DNA of 61,447 bases, filler included, from Basidiobolus ranarum (GCA_040143965.1; 12 parts of 12 records of this genome joined end to end with filler, not necessarily neighbours in it), one strand, 5' to 3'; shown: positions 1 to 11,600, numbered from the whole stretch's first letter. The notes: a model not told the origin generated them from the sequence alone. Numbers and translations are program-made.

Positions 1-115
1 CATTCATACAAATACTCCTGATCTCCATACATTAGTTAAGAAACTACAAAAGTAGTTATGGCTTCTTTGTTTTGTTTGAAATAAAGATTTCACCTGTTGG
101 TGACTGTCTCCCCCC
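1..115 (-). repeat. Terminus of a dispersed repeat (putative DNA-transposon end); reverse complement of 61169-61284
   Basis: 1-118 aligns almost base for base with the reverse complement of 61166-61284. Similarity stops at ...GTGACTGTCTCCCCCC|TAA. Confidence 0.8.
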
Positions 116-2007
116 TAAGCACATATTGAATATATATATTTTTCCTTATTTCGAAGGAGTGAATGCACTTGAATTAAGAAAAATCATTGATTCCGTTATA
201 CAGTTGGCGGTGGGAAAACCCCAATGCTTGCCTTAGTGTTACTAGGGTTAAATTCTATCCGAAGTTAAGGCGATGCTTCCAACTATGTCAGATTTTACAA
301 GCATGTACGTTACAGGAATACGCTACAAGAAGGAACTATAGGAAGTTGCTTAGATTATATGTATTCTTGAATTTTCCAAAGCATAAGTCACTTCGAATTA
401 CATAGCCATTGAACCAACAAGCATTGTCACTTTACTACTGCGCTTGTGTTTAATTTGTCGACTTATTACTGCTATGTTGCACACCCGCCACCACACCGTC
501 CAAATTTAGTTTTGTATGATAAAAGTGGCTAATTTTAGATAGTAGTGGTAACACATCGGTTAATAACTACATATTAACACTTTTATTGATGCATACCACC
601 AGATACATACCGCCAGATGGGATTTTAGTACATATCTTATATATCTGGCTATGTTATAGTCGAATTTACCCGGTCCATTGAAAACCATAAACCCTCTAAG
701 ACACTATGAAGAATACTGAAATCATAGCAGCACTTCGGCTAATTTGTGCATTAAATCATTGAAATTTTGGGCCTTTATCTTCTTTTATTCGCTTTTATGC
801 GTCGCACTAAGCTTGATATCAGCCACTTGTAAAACACTAAACATGATGTAAATAATTAATGACGAGCCAACTCTTCTCATCAATGGTAACAAGCAACTAA
901 CAAACTCCGCTATCTCTGCTAAGTACTTATTCATGGTACTCTCATCTATCATTTGCTTTGCTTCCTCAGTAACTACAAGAGTATGCGGTTATTCTGGGCC
1001 AGTGACTAGGTTCCCAAGTGTGAGATTGGTAATAATGAAAATGGTAGCGGTGGGAATAACGGCAATGGTGGATCCAGCAATGATCATATCAATTAGGCTG
1101 GATTTGGTTGGGAACTTCGAAAACTAGGTTCCCAATTTCTATATTGACCCAGTAGATATCAAAATAATCAGCTTTAGTCATACCTGCGATTCTGATCCTA
1201 CTGGATGTGCCAATATCCGTGCTCTAAGGCTATATATTGTTTATTTCCTATATCAAATCTCTCGATGTACAAGTCAACAGGTAAATCTGAGCCTCATCAA
1301 TTTGTGGAAACATTAGTAAGTTTGTACATGTCATTAGCATGTTAAGTTAGTGTCAAGATCAGAGTGAGTGAGCGCCTCCCTCACAAGCATATTGCTGCCA
1401 CTAGTGCCTGGGGAAGCTTACAACTGGCTTTCTCTCATCTGGAATATTACCATAGAATACCTTATCCCATTTGTTATATCCACCGGTAATCAGTGGAAGT
1501 AACGAGTAGAACAGCAGGGGTCGTTGGCAGAAAATCTCAGTTATATTTATACTCTCGGTAGTGTTAATTTCCTCACGGCTATTTGTGTGCTTTCGTGTAC
1601 ATTTTTTCATTGGCATTACTAAAATGGAGCATAGAAATGCTTCCTCGGATGCAACTATCCAGAAAAAGAGCCTGAGAACCTCAAAGATGGGTAACGATTT
1701 AGCATTAAAAGGATTACCTCCCTTGGTCTCCATGTCTTTGTTGATCGAAGTGCTACAACCGAATTTAACCGTGCAATCATTCTGAAACGTCTACCATAAT
1801 TAGCTACAATGAAGATTCGAAAGCTGGCGAAGCAAGCGAAAACGGAGAACCCAGCTATAATTTCCTTTTGTGAAACATGACAAAACATCTATTAAAGGAG
1901 CCTAAAACTCTCCTGAGAGCTAATACCACTAGTGCACAGCAGTATCCAAGGTGAGCATTGCATATGAATTTTGATGAAATGTTGTTCACTGATCGTTATT
2001 GTTAGAG

Positions 2008-2220
2008 ATGAGGTTTTCCGTCGCCAGCATTTTGATTGCCCTTAGCCTAATTGCCGTCATCCAAGCTGCTACTTGTAGATGCTACAATGATGACGCAGAT
2101 TACACCAAGAACTGTTGTGGACCTTCTGGTGGCAGTTATTCCAGATCAAAGTGCACCGTCAAGTCTTCTAGTAGATTTGATAAATGTTGTCAAGGATTTG
2201 GTGAACTCTCCGATTGTTAG
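2008..2220 (+). CDS. Small secreted cysteine-rich protein (70 aa, 8 Cys); candidate KP6-like effector/toxin fold
   Basis: ATG at 2008. Hydrophobic signal peptide MRFSVASILIALSLIAVIQA. Mature part has C-x-C-x10-CC-x11-C-x10-CC-x8-C and ends on Cys, then TAG. Confidence 0.8.
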   Translation: MRFSVASILIALSLIAVIQAATCRCYNDDADYTKNCCGPSGGSYSRSKCTVKSSSRFDKCCQGFGELSDC

Positions 2221-3489
2221 AGAAACCTTTTACAATACTGCGCTGAAGAAGATCTTCAATAAAAGATCCTTTAACTTACTAAATCGCTCAGTACAAACTT
2301 TTTAAATTAAAAATCGGAGGATTTGTTTCTAACTATGGGATGCATGCTGTATCAATATGACCAACTATGCTGACATTCCTGCACTTATTGGTATTTATTT
2401 CTTTTGTATTATCTCAAAAACAGAGAGAGAATCTCCACCGCAATTAACATCACCTATTCCCACTCACAAAGAATGTTTACCGATAGTAAACAAATAAAAC
2501 CTTGGACCTATCTGGAAGAGCTTAATCAATGGATAACACAGTATGTAAGTATTAGCTGTTCCATGGCACATTCTTGATATTAATGAAAGCCCACAATAAT
2601 GTTGTAGTACTAGATATATTCAAGCAATGAGGAGTTTGCGTATTATGAGCATGAAACATCATATGTGCCATAGTTAGGAAGTCATTAACTCAGTGCTGCC
2701 TATTTCACCTCACCATGAAATGTATAAGTGAAGTCTACCGAACTTTTTGATTTAGCATGTATTGCAATGAACATTGTTTTTTGGCACAATGTTTGTGTAT
2801 CGTAATATCAAAGCTCCTATCTTGTTTCTGCTTAATAATCTGGCTATTTAGCAATCCCAGAAACAATCCAGCACAAAGTTTCCGGCCAAAGTCTCCCAGC
2901 CTCAACATGGAACATTATTTCCAATACTAATATTAATTATGATTCACTCTGCTTACATATTCAACTCTCATATTATTCCATACGGCTCTTCATTCAGATT
3001 CTCTTTGTATTTTTAAACATTAGGAAACAAAGACCTCATCAAAACAGAATTCTCTCCAATATCTCTGGCGGCAGGATAGATTATAAGCAATGCCAGGAGA
3101 TAAATTGAGTCTGAATCCAAGATACCGACTCTGGATACGCACACATCTGAGATTCATGAAATTTGCCCAAAAGACTCTAGCATGTGTAATTCCGAATAAC
3201 TTCTTTTAACAGTGACTTACTATTAGGCAATACATGGAGGTAGTTATACACTAGAGCTCATAACTGATTCCTTTTTTTTTGCTTGCATTTTTCAAAGGAC
3301 AATATCTCTACATCGGCTTCATGATTCAACTTGATATTTGTCACATAGCCTACCCAATGGTCAAATCACAGTCTTTGATGTTAAGTAAGTGGTTTCAGTA
3401 CTCCTTATGATGCTATTAACATTTGTATTAGGTACTATCAATAAATCACTTTTGAGCTCACATTATCTTAAATTATGATTTGCCACTAG

Positions 3490-4144
3490 TTTGGGAATAA
3501 TACCATATTAATACTTGGTGACTGGTGGGCTGGTGGGCTGGAAATGAAAAGTATCATGAGCCCAATACAGGCGTCGGAATGGAAAAAATGTTAGCCAAAG
3601 AAGGCTTCCAGCTATACCTCCTTGACAAGTTTAAAACTTCAAGCCTGGGCCCTACGTGCCAGAACGGTGAACTGGAAAAGTTTCAAAAAGTCCAAAATCC
3701 TAGACCATACAAAATAGAAAAGTATTCTACTGTATGTCGTCACGGCCTTTTAAGGTAAACATAAGGTAACCGCTTTTTATATGCAAGTAAAAAATTCCAA
3801 CCTAATTTCTGTTCAGGTTCAAAAACCAACAGTGTTTAAAGGTCGTGGCCAATACTACTGAGGATTCTCCCCTTCGTCCTTGGAATTGCGACCTGGCTGC
3901 TACTTTGAACTTCAGACATATCCTTTTTAACTTGTGCTCAAATGGGGAAAGACCAGAGAGTTCTTGCAGATTGAAGGAACCTCTCTCCACTGGATATAAA
4001 AGAAAGGGTATCTCGTCATCTAGCTGCAGTCGACCAACGAAAAAAGCAAATAATCCTGTGTGGTTATCGCTACACCAAACTTTTGATACAGAGTAAGTCT
4101 TTGAACACTTTTTATTTTGCCATGTGTCTTCACTTATCTCCAAT
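3490..4144 (+). mobile_element. Fanzor (TnpB-derived RuvC nuclease) remnant, copy 1; C-terminal half, inactivated, with intron 3755-3816
   Basis: Spliced translation: FGNNTILILGDW(8-nt duplication frameshift)AGNEKYHEP..GMEKML.KEGF.LYLLDKFKTSSLGPTC..VQNPRP..HGLLR|FKNQQC..RPWNCDLAATLNFRHIL..GERP. Homologous to 56433-57735. Confidence 0.88.
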
Positions 4145-4247
4145 TTTTTGCGATCATTTATTTTATGAAATGTCTAATTGAATTTATTAATTCATCTCAT
4201 TTTAGATTAAACATTGTAGGTAACTAATCATCTTAGTGTAGATAATG

Positions 4248-5042
4248 TTATTGCTTTTCTGCAAGATATACCTCCATTTCTCTAGCATACCTTGCCTTAT
4301 CCTCTGCAGCTTTCTGGTCCCAAGGTGCTCTCTCCTCCGGCGCCATAAGATTCCACTGATGCGCTATGATTTTGCTAATCGGTCCCACCGTACTACCAGG
4401 ATATTGCTCGGCCACTTGCGGACGTATTGCAGAAAGATAGAACAGAAATCCGGACATTGGATGTTTAGGGGCAGCCGGATTCTTCTGTTTCTTCTTTTTA
4501 CGTCCTCTGGGATCTTTAGTGGCTGGCTCTTCATCACAATCCCGCTTTCTTTCCGCTTCGATTTCAGCCTTGGAGCGACGAGTATAAATGAAATCGGGGG
4601 TTGTCGCTAGGAAATCTTTCTTTAAACTTTGGGCTTCGGTGAAGTATTTGTTACGTTCTTCCTATGAAATGAGACGAAATGAATAGTTAGTGTCGTAAAT
4701 GAAATTCGACATATATCTTCCATCTCGATTAACTTACCTCTCCTAGGCTTTTCCAACGATCCCCGATTTCCTTACTGATTTCGGCGACGCTCATATTGGG
4801 ATTAGTTTCGAGTAGTTTGTGTCGCATCTCCTTATTGAAAAGTAAATACGCATTCATGGGTCTTGTGAGTTTAGACGCCCCATCATCGCCAGCGGAACGC
4901 CGACGGTACTTCTTTTTCGTATTATTCGGTCTACGGGGATAAAGGTAATAAGGTTTGGTCTATAAGAATTCAGTTTTCAGCGTACGAGCGCGTTCAACAT
5001 AATCTTATTTTCGTGATTCCTCCATCTTTGCCCACTCATCTC
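4248..5042 (-). CDS. Multi-HMG-box DNA-binding protein (at least 3 boxes); 5'-truncated by contig end; intron 4662-4737; two in-frame stops, so possibly a pseudogene
   Basis: Reads DEWAKMEESRK*DYVERARTLKTEFL*TKPYYLYPRR..RPMNAYLLFNKEMRHKL..EISKEIGDRWKSLGE|EERNKYFTEA..PDFIYTRR..PAAPKHPMSGFLFY..DKARYAREM. The GTAAGT..CTAAC..TAG intron preserves frame. Confidence 0.85.
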
Positions 5043-5142
5043 NNNNNNNNNNNNNNNNNNNNNNNNNNNNNNNNNNNNNNNNNNNNTTAATTAATTAANN
5101 NNNNNNNNNNNNNNNNNNNNNNNNNNNNNNNNNNNNNNNNNN
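5043..5142. other. Artificial 100-nt contig linker; also at 10185, 15323, 20458, 25591, 30723, 35854, 40978, 46100, 51217, 56333
   Basis: N44 + TTAATTAATTAA (stops in all six frames) + N44, identical 11 times. Confidence 0.99.
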
Positions 5143-5351
5143 TAAGAAAGGTCCCAGGAACATGTGTGCAAAGTTTGGGGCTTCTAGCACAAGTTTGAAA
5201 AATCTATATATCTGAGAACTTCTAAGTTGGTGTCAATATTCTAAGTAAATTCCAATTGAAAATAATTGATAATATCTTAGTGAGTTATAAGATAACTAAG
5301 TACTAACTTATATATGACTATATAGGTGTTTAGGCAAAGCTAATTTCAACA
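5143..5351 (-). repeat. Ty1/copia LTR family A, partial
   Basis: Reverse complement begins TGTTGAAATTAGC and matches 5664-5990, 46200-46453 and 52915-53260. Confidence 0.8.
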
Positions 5352-5391
5352 AATTTATGGTGGGGATTTGCTCAGAATATTTTTACCAAAA

Positions 5392-5606
5392 TGTTAGGTA
5401 TCCAGTATGTGGAAATTTCGAAGTTGTCCTAACGACCCCAAAATTAAAGAAAATGTTCCTGGGTCCTATCCAAACGCTTTCTGCATGTTGTTACTGCCAA
5501 TACATTGTAAAAGTATAAATTCTATTTTTTCTGTCAATAAATCATTGAGCAAAAACCAAATAACCTTCTCCAAATCACTTCAAATTCTTTGCAAGGTCGC
5601 ACAACA
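5392..5606 (+). repeat. Divergent LTR related to family A
   Basis: TGTTA...CAACA ends. Shares blocks (ATGTTCCTGG, TATAAAT, CTCCAAA.CACTT) with family A. No TSD seen. Confidence 0.45.
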
Positions 5607-5663
5607 GTAGGAATATGTGTGCCGAGCTCCTTAGGATAATTCTGATATATATCAGATACTAGA

Positions 5664-5990
5664 TGTTGAAATTAACATAGCCTGAACATCTTTATAGTCA
5701 TATACAGCTTAGTGCTTAGTTATTCCACATTTCACGAAGATATCACCCACTATTCTCAAACGAAATTTACTTAGAAGGTCTTGGATATATAAGTTTTTGA
5801 AGCTTGTCCTAGAAGCCCCAAACTTTGCACGCATGTTCCTGGAACCTTCCTTAACACATTCTACGCGTTTATTTGTTTACTTCTGAACAAAACTATAAAT
5901 GTCAACTTTCTACTCAATAATCAGTAAGTGCAAAGCATCAATTCTTCTAGTTCACCAAACCACTTCCAACAAACTCCCAAAATACTAACA
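5664..5990 (+). repeat. Ty1/copia LTR family A, full-length solo-like copy
   Basis: TGTTG...TAACA ends. Collinear with the 3' LTR at 52915-53260. No clear TSD. Confidence 0.78.
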
Positions 5991-6846
5991 GTTTCGCCAT
6001 TGGAGCCCTCAAATGTTGCCACATCAACAACAACCTGTGGTACAATACTATAGTGCAATAAAAAACTATTTGTCCACGCAGCCCTCTGTCAGCGCTCCAC
6101 CTACCAGCGCATACCTTGACTATTCCACAGGTCTAAAATTATATACTTGTAACATTAATGTTTAGTATTATACAATACTATGGTTAACTTCCGAGTTGGC
6201 TATCAGCTAGGATAAAGTAACTTCTTGCCATCCACACTGTAATGAGGATGTGCAGTACACTTTGCAAGTGTCAAGTAGACAAAGTGGTCTTATCTGGGTA
6301 AGGTTTAGATTAACAAATTGTTGATTTATCAATGATAATAATCACCGAGTAAATTAAGGGTTTATCCTGTTTGAACACGATTACTGTGGTATTCAACCTC
6401 AAGGGTGACAAAGAATTGACTGATTAGCAAGCAACTTCCGCAGACAACTGCTGATGAAATTCCTATATAAAGCTAGACCAACCCAAACCCATCATCTTGC
6501 ATGCAAAAAAACTAACCAGGTTGTGATGGATTCGTCAGTCATAGATATAAATGGAGACTCCTATATATGTTACTGAGGATTCATCTTCACCTGATAATTG
6601 AATCAGGTGAGCATCCTGGATTTCGACGAAGAGGTTGAATGTTTCTATCTAACCACAATCGGGGCAGCTTTCTATATTTTGATAATATTCACCACTAAGA
6701 TCATGGCCAGTAGTTTATAGAAAGTGTCTTATCTATGGTCAGCTGCTCGGGTTGCCATTTCTGGAATATGTTGACGATTAATCCAGTTTTTGATTTTTGA
6801 ACTTGAGTATTTATATGGCAGTGATGGTCCTTGGACTCGTCAAAAT

Positions 6847-8640
6847 ATGGCTTATACGGCACCTGCCGGCTTTTCTCTGGAAGGAGGCGACCCTCGCTTA
6901 CATCATGAAAGCCTACACCATCGCTTGCACGACGAAGCCTCGCACTCTGGTGACGCGAAGCACACCAAGAACTCTCTAACTCCAGTTGAGAGAGAGACCG
7001 TAGGATCGCCTTACAGCTCAATTGACGAGGTTCCACTAGAAGCATACCTGTACTGGGCGTCCGTGAAGCGACATCATGACAAGTTGGAGAAAAAGAAGGA
7101 AGGTAACGACATCAAACTAAAGGGATTGCGCTCGAGGCTTGGCAGAAGCTCAGGAAAAGAGGTCGAACAAGAAACCCAGGAGATAGAAGGCAATATCGCA
7201 GAGACCGGCGAATTGTCACAAATGCTTGGCTGGGACTTGGATGCCGAGAAACTACAGGCTCAGCGCGCCCTGCGCGCCGCTTCCTGGCAAGCGGTCTTCT
7301 ACCTGATTACCACGGATATTCTAGGGCCAAGTGCCGCACCATGGGCGTTTTCTCAGCTTGGATATGGCACAGGGGTGTTGTTGTTCTCCTTCATGGGAGT
7401 GGCAGCTGGATACACTGGCTGGCAGCTCTGGATCATGTATTTGAATCTTGATTCTGCACAGTACCCAGTCCACAACTACAGCGAGCTGAGCTACAGAATT
7501 TTTGGTCGATGGGCACGATACCTCGTCAATTCCCTCCAATCCCTGCAGTTTCTTTTCAATGTCGCGATTATCATTTTGGGCAATGGCCAAGGTCTAGCTC
7601 AAATATCCAAATACCGGGTTTGTTTCAGTGTGCTAACCTTGATCTGGGCCCTGGCGGGTATGTTCATTGGTCAGATTCGTTCGCTGAAAAATTTCGGTTG
7701 GCTAGCCAATTTTGCCGTGTGGTTGAATCTTCTGGTGATCATATTGACAATGGGCGTTGTTGCCCACACTGCACCCAACTACGCAGCAGCCGGTCGGGAA
7801 AGCGGTATCGGCGGAACCGCCATTATAACCAAAGCATTTGTCAACGGCTCGCTGAGCTCGCAAATTGTCGGCGTCATGCAAATCGTATATTCATACGGTG
7901 GGGCCATTATGTTTGTCGAGATCATGTCTGAAATGCGTCGTCCATGGGACTTTTGGAAGGGAATGGCATGTGCTCAGCTTCTCATCTTTGCCTGCTATAT
8001 GTTTTACGGTGTTTTTGTTTACCACTTCCAGGGGCAATTCGCGATCAATCCCGGAAACCAAGGAATTTCTAATTATGGCTGGCAAACCGCCACCAACATT
8101 ATCAATTTGGTGTCTGCTTTGATTTCTGCTGGCCTATACGGGAACATTGGAATCAAGGTACTCTATCAGAATATCATTACGGACATCATGAAAGGCCCGG
8201 ATATGTATTCTCGCACTGGGAAATACCTATGGTTCATCTTGGTCGTCGTCTATTGGATAGTAGCCTTTATCGTTGCAAGTTCTGTTCCTCAAATCAGCAA
8301 CGTAGCTGGCTTGGTAGCAGCAGTGTGTATTCTCCAATTCAGCTACACCTTCCCACCTATCCTGATGCTTGGCTATGAGATCCAAAAGGACGCCATGGAG
8401 GGCGAGACGCCGCTTGATGTTAAAACCGGGGCTATTCATCGCATTGATAGCTGGCGTAACTTCTCGCGCTGGCGTCGTGGCATAGCCAAGCGCTGGCATA
8501 TCAAGCTGTTCAATTTCCTTTTCTTTTTGGGCGCTTGTGTCGCTGCTGGACTAGGTATCTACTCCAGTATCCAAGGGATCATCGACGGATTTGCACACCA
8601 AGGGGCGGCTCCGTCATTTGGATGTCAAGCTCCAGTGTAA
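6847..8640 (+). CDS. AAAP-family (Aa_trans) neutral amino-acid permease, Mtr-like, intronless
   Basis: First ATG at 6847. About 11 hydrophobic segments. Motifs ASWQAVFYLITTDILGP, VYSYGGA.MF.E.MSEMRRPWDFWKG, LYGNIG.K, QFSYTFPP. Confidence 0.92.
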   Translation: MAYTAPAGFSLEGGDPRLHHESLHHRLHDEASHSGDAKHTKNSLTPVERETVGSPYSSIDEVPLEAYLYWASVKRHHDKLEKKKEGNDIKLKGLRSRLGRSSGKEVEQETQEIEGNIAETGELSQMLGWDLDAEKLQAQRALRAASWQAVFYLITTDILGPSAAPWAFSQLGYGTGVLLFSFMGVAAGYTGWQLWIMYLNLDSAQYPVHNYSELSYRIFGRWARYLVNSLQSLQFLFNVAIIILGNGQGLAQISKYRVCFSVLTLIWALAGMFIGQIRSLKNFGWLANFAVWLNLLVIILTMGVVAHTAPNYAAAGRESGIGGTAIITKAFVNGSLSSQIVGVMQIVYSYGGAIMFVEIMSEMRRPWDFWKGMACAQLLIFACYMFYGVFVYHFQGQFAINPGNQGISNYGWQTATNIINLVSALISAGLYGNIGIKVLYQNIITDIMKGPDMYSRTGKYLWFILVVVYWIVAFIVASSVPQISNVAGLVAAVCILQFSYTFPPILMLGYEIQKDAMEGETPLDVKTGAIHRIDSWRNFSRWRRGIAKRWHIKLFNFLFFLGACVAAGLGIYSSIQGIIDGFAHQGAAPSFGCQAPV

Positions 8641-11600
8641 TGTGCTTTGTCGGTAGACGAATAGAAAACACCAAATCATTATGAATCCATCTTTGTATGT
8701 TTTTCCAAGAAGAAGATCTTTCAAATAGGTCATTCAGGGGTAATCTTTCCATATGAAGGGTTCTGATTTTGTTTATATGTAAAAAACCGTAGAATATTCA
8801 TTTAAACCAAACTAGCTGCCCCCACCAGATTTGCCAACTGTACATTAACATGAGTTAAGAAATCAAGTATTGGCAGCTGGTGGTTGCTTTTTTCAGTGCA
8901 AAAATAAAAGCAGATAATCGTAACCAATTTGGCATCCGTTGAGAATTCACTCAGTATTACTCACAGATTTTCCTTGAAGGCCAGCTAGACTTCGGCAAAA
9001 GGTATATCCTGATCAGCATGACTTCCTGATGATAACAACTAGAATGTTCTGATTAAATAGTGGATATAACAGGGGTAAAGCGGTTAGGGAGAATTAAAAG
9101 GATGTTCCGTATCTTAGATAAGACGATGATACTAAATAGCCATTTATGGATTATTGACTATCCAGATCAGGTGATGTGTATGTTAGTAGCCATGTGGTAT
9201 AATGAATCACTGTCACTTTTTAAGAGTCTTACTGAGGCCCCCGGTCCATAATATCTGTAGTGGTCGAACAGCCTTTTTTCTTTTGTTAAAAGCATGGTGA
9301 TCTTTGGTAGTATTTCTGGAATCACTGTCAATTTCTGCTGCAAATCTCATACCAGCTCTCTGCTGATACTCTTCCTCCACCATGACTGAAGAGTTGATAA
9401 GTGACCACGGTGGGATGCTACCAGAGCCATGAAAAATCATCCGGCAGCGGATATTGAATATGCGGCTTTCTTCCATTCTACATCGTACAAAAGAGGTAAA
9501 TCGCATCAATTCGATAATATTTAATAAGAATTCCAAGTATACAAGATTCGAAACAACGTCACGCCCGGCTTTATCTTTCGATTCTGATACTGGTGTGATA
9601 TGATTAAATAGGAATATCCGGGATAGATTGAACATATATGGTCTCAGATTCCTCTTGTCAGGCAAATCATAAGTGATACATCCGGGTCTTGGTATATTGA
9701 TTTCTTTTTGATGATAGTGCGGGATAGTGGGGGAAGGTGAGGTGGACAATGCTGAGGGTTAGGGTTAGGGCAATCACAATCAAAGCATCTTATGTATGGC
9801 ATTAGGAATAGTTGGATTGTTGGTGCAAAGAAACAACAAGCCTGCACTGCACTCATACTCGTAACATTGATGTGAGTCCAGTTGTTCGTGTTGTACAGCC
9901 TATTAACCTGACAGGAACAGAATGAATGAGCATTTCGTTGAGTTCTGGTATGCCTCGAAAAGAGTAAGATATTTGGTAATGCACAGTAGTTGATAAACAA
10001 CAAGGATACATTGGGCTATAGATCGTATCACCATTCTTAATTGCATATATCAACGATAGACATCGCCCAAAGTGGAAAAGTTGGACTATTTTGAGCGGAC
10101 GAAAGTCTCTGTTGCCAGGAACACAGATACTACTTGGGATCATTAAGTGAGGGTTACTCAAGAGATTATTTGCTAGGTGTATTCNNNNNNNNNNNNNNNN
10201 NNNNNNNNNNNNNNNNNNNNNNNNNNNNTTAATTAATTAANNNNNNNNNNNNNNNNNNNNNNNNNNNNNNNNNNNNNNNNNNNNACAACATGTATGTGTA
10301 AACACTAGATCGTGGAAGCTGCTCATCGCCGGCGTCAATCGTCGATTCTAAATATTCAGTTTGAAACTCAGTTGATCATATATGGCAATATGTTGGAATG
10401 CTCTTTACTTTGAGCTAAAAGTAGACATGCGAGTAAATTGAATTAATCTTCCTAGAATTGAATCATTATGGTAATAACGAATCCCAAGAAGTCTATAAAG
10501 CAAGATAACCCGAGGTTGAAAGTATCTCACTCGCACTCATCAATGTAAATGGCCTACTTCTAACTAGATGAGGAACAGGTAGTATCAGTGGGTAGCCCTC
10601 AATTGAATCAAAGCCCTGTGAAATACGACGCAAACTCTGGCGTCTTTAATATACACCTCAGCTAACATAGTTTGTACTTCATGTAATGGTAGTTCAGTTG
10701 TGTAATATTACTGTTCATATTGGGGCAATAATTTAAATTCAATATAATTTAGTAAATAGACTCGATCTCCATTAGGGCAGCATGGCCCAAGTTGGATTCT
10801 GAATGGCATGGCTGTATCGATAGCTTCCTATATTATAGGCCGATCTATCGGGACGATTTGATGTGTGCTTGGGGCAACTCTTCATGATATCCGTAGGAAC
10901 AGTGGATCTGATGGGTGCACGCAGTAACAGGCCTCGTATCTACTATATTGCTGATGGTATTACTAATGGAAGCACAATGTTGATGGCAAAATAGTCCTGA
11001 ACACACGCGAACTGCAGATTGGTTTTCCACACTTACAGAGTAACATTAACAAGAGGGATACTTTTTACCCCTTTGTCTCTCTGAAAGTTCATCCCGGGGT
11101 CTTCTTTAGCAAGGGTACACTCTCTCACTGAACCAGTTTCAAGGGGCATAAGTAAACAGAGGTACTCCTTTAGGCTGATAGTTACAGCTCAGTCCTGATA
11201 ACCAGCAATTGATAATCGGAACTATCGTAGAGTTGACCATATAGTGGAATCGAGACTCGACTATTTGTAGAGGGCAAGGATCTGGTAAATGGGTTTATCA
11301 TGGATGATCGCTCAGTGGTGATCGAGGTAAGATGTGTCTGTGAAGGGGGTTGACTGATACAACATGAAGATGGATATGTGATTACCATCGTCGTTTGTCT
11401 AGGCCAAGTTCGATTAAAGTAAGCTCATGCACTTTAATTCGTTTCACTGGGCCAATGTTGCATTCAGGAATATGATTCTTCAAATCCAGAAAGCCACACA
11501 TCCATAGTCACCATAGTGGCTATGCATCGACAATCAAACAGATGTCAAGAATCATTTCCATAAATCACCCTACCTGTCCCATCCACTTGTCGAGCTGGCC

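Noticed and set aside
2008-2220. Hydrophobin
   Set aside because: Cys order is C-C-CC-C-CC-C rather than C-CC-C-C-CC-C, and the mature peptide is hydrophilic.
4960-5007. TAA/TAG reassignment to Gln as an explanation for in-frame stops
   Set aside because: Other genes end in TAA or TAG exactly at expected C-termini (CaaX of CrgA, FFKN of the desaturase, OLA1), and long genes such as the ABCB transporter have no internal stops.
6041-6181. 11-bp direct repeat TACAATACTAT flanking about 120 bp, as a TSD
   Set aside because: No terminal inverted repeat or second copy of the internal sequence; an AT-rich chance match is plausible.
6701-8499. Antisense and alternate-frame ORFs over the permease (likewise over the desaturase, CLIP-170 and ABC genes)
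   Set aside because: Shadow ORFs of real coding sequence, without motifs.
9754-9770. Telomeric TTAGGG repeats
   Set aside because: Only two to three units, internal to the contig; similar short runs occur elsewhere.
9213-10184. Overlapping minus-strand ORFs of 102-178 aa
   Set aside because: No recognisable domain or consistent splice model; possibly decayed sequence.
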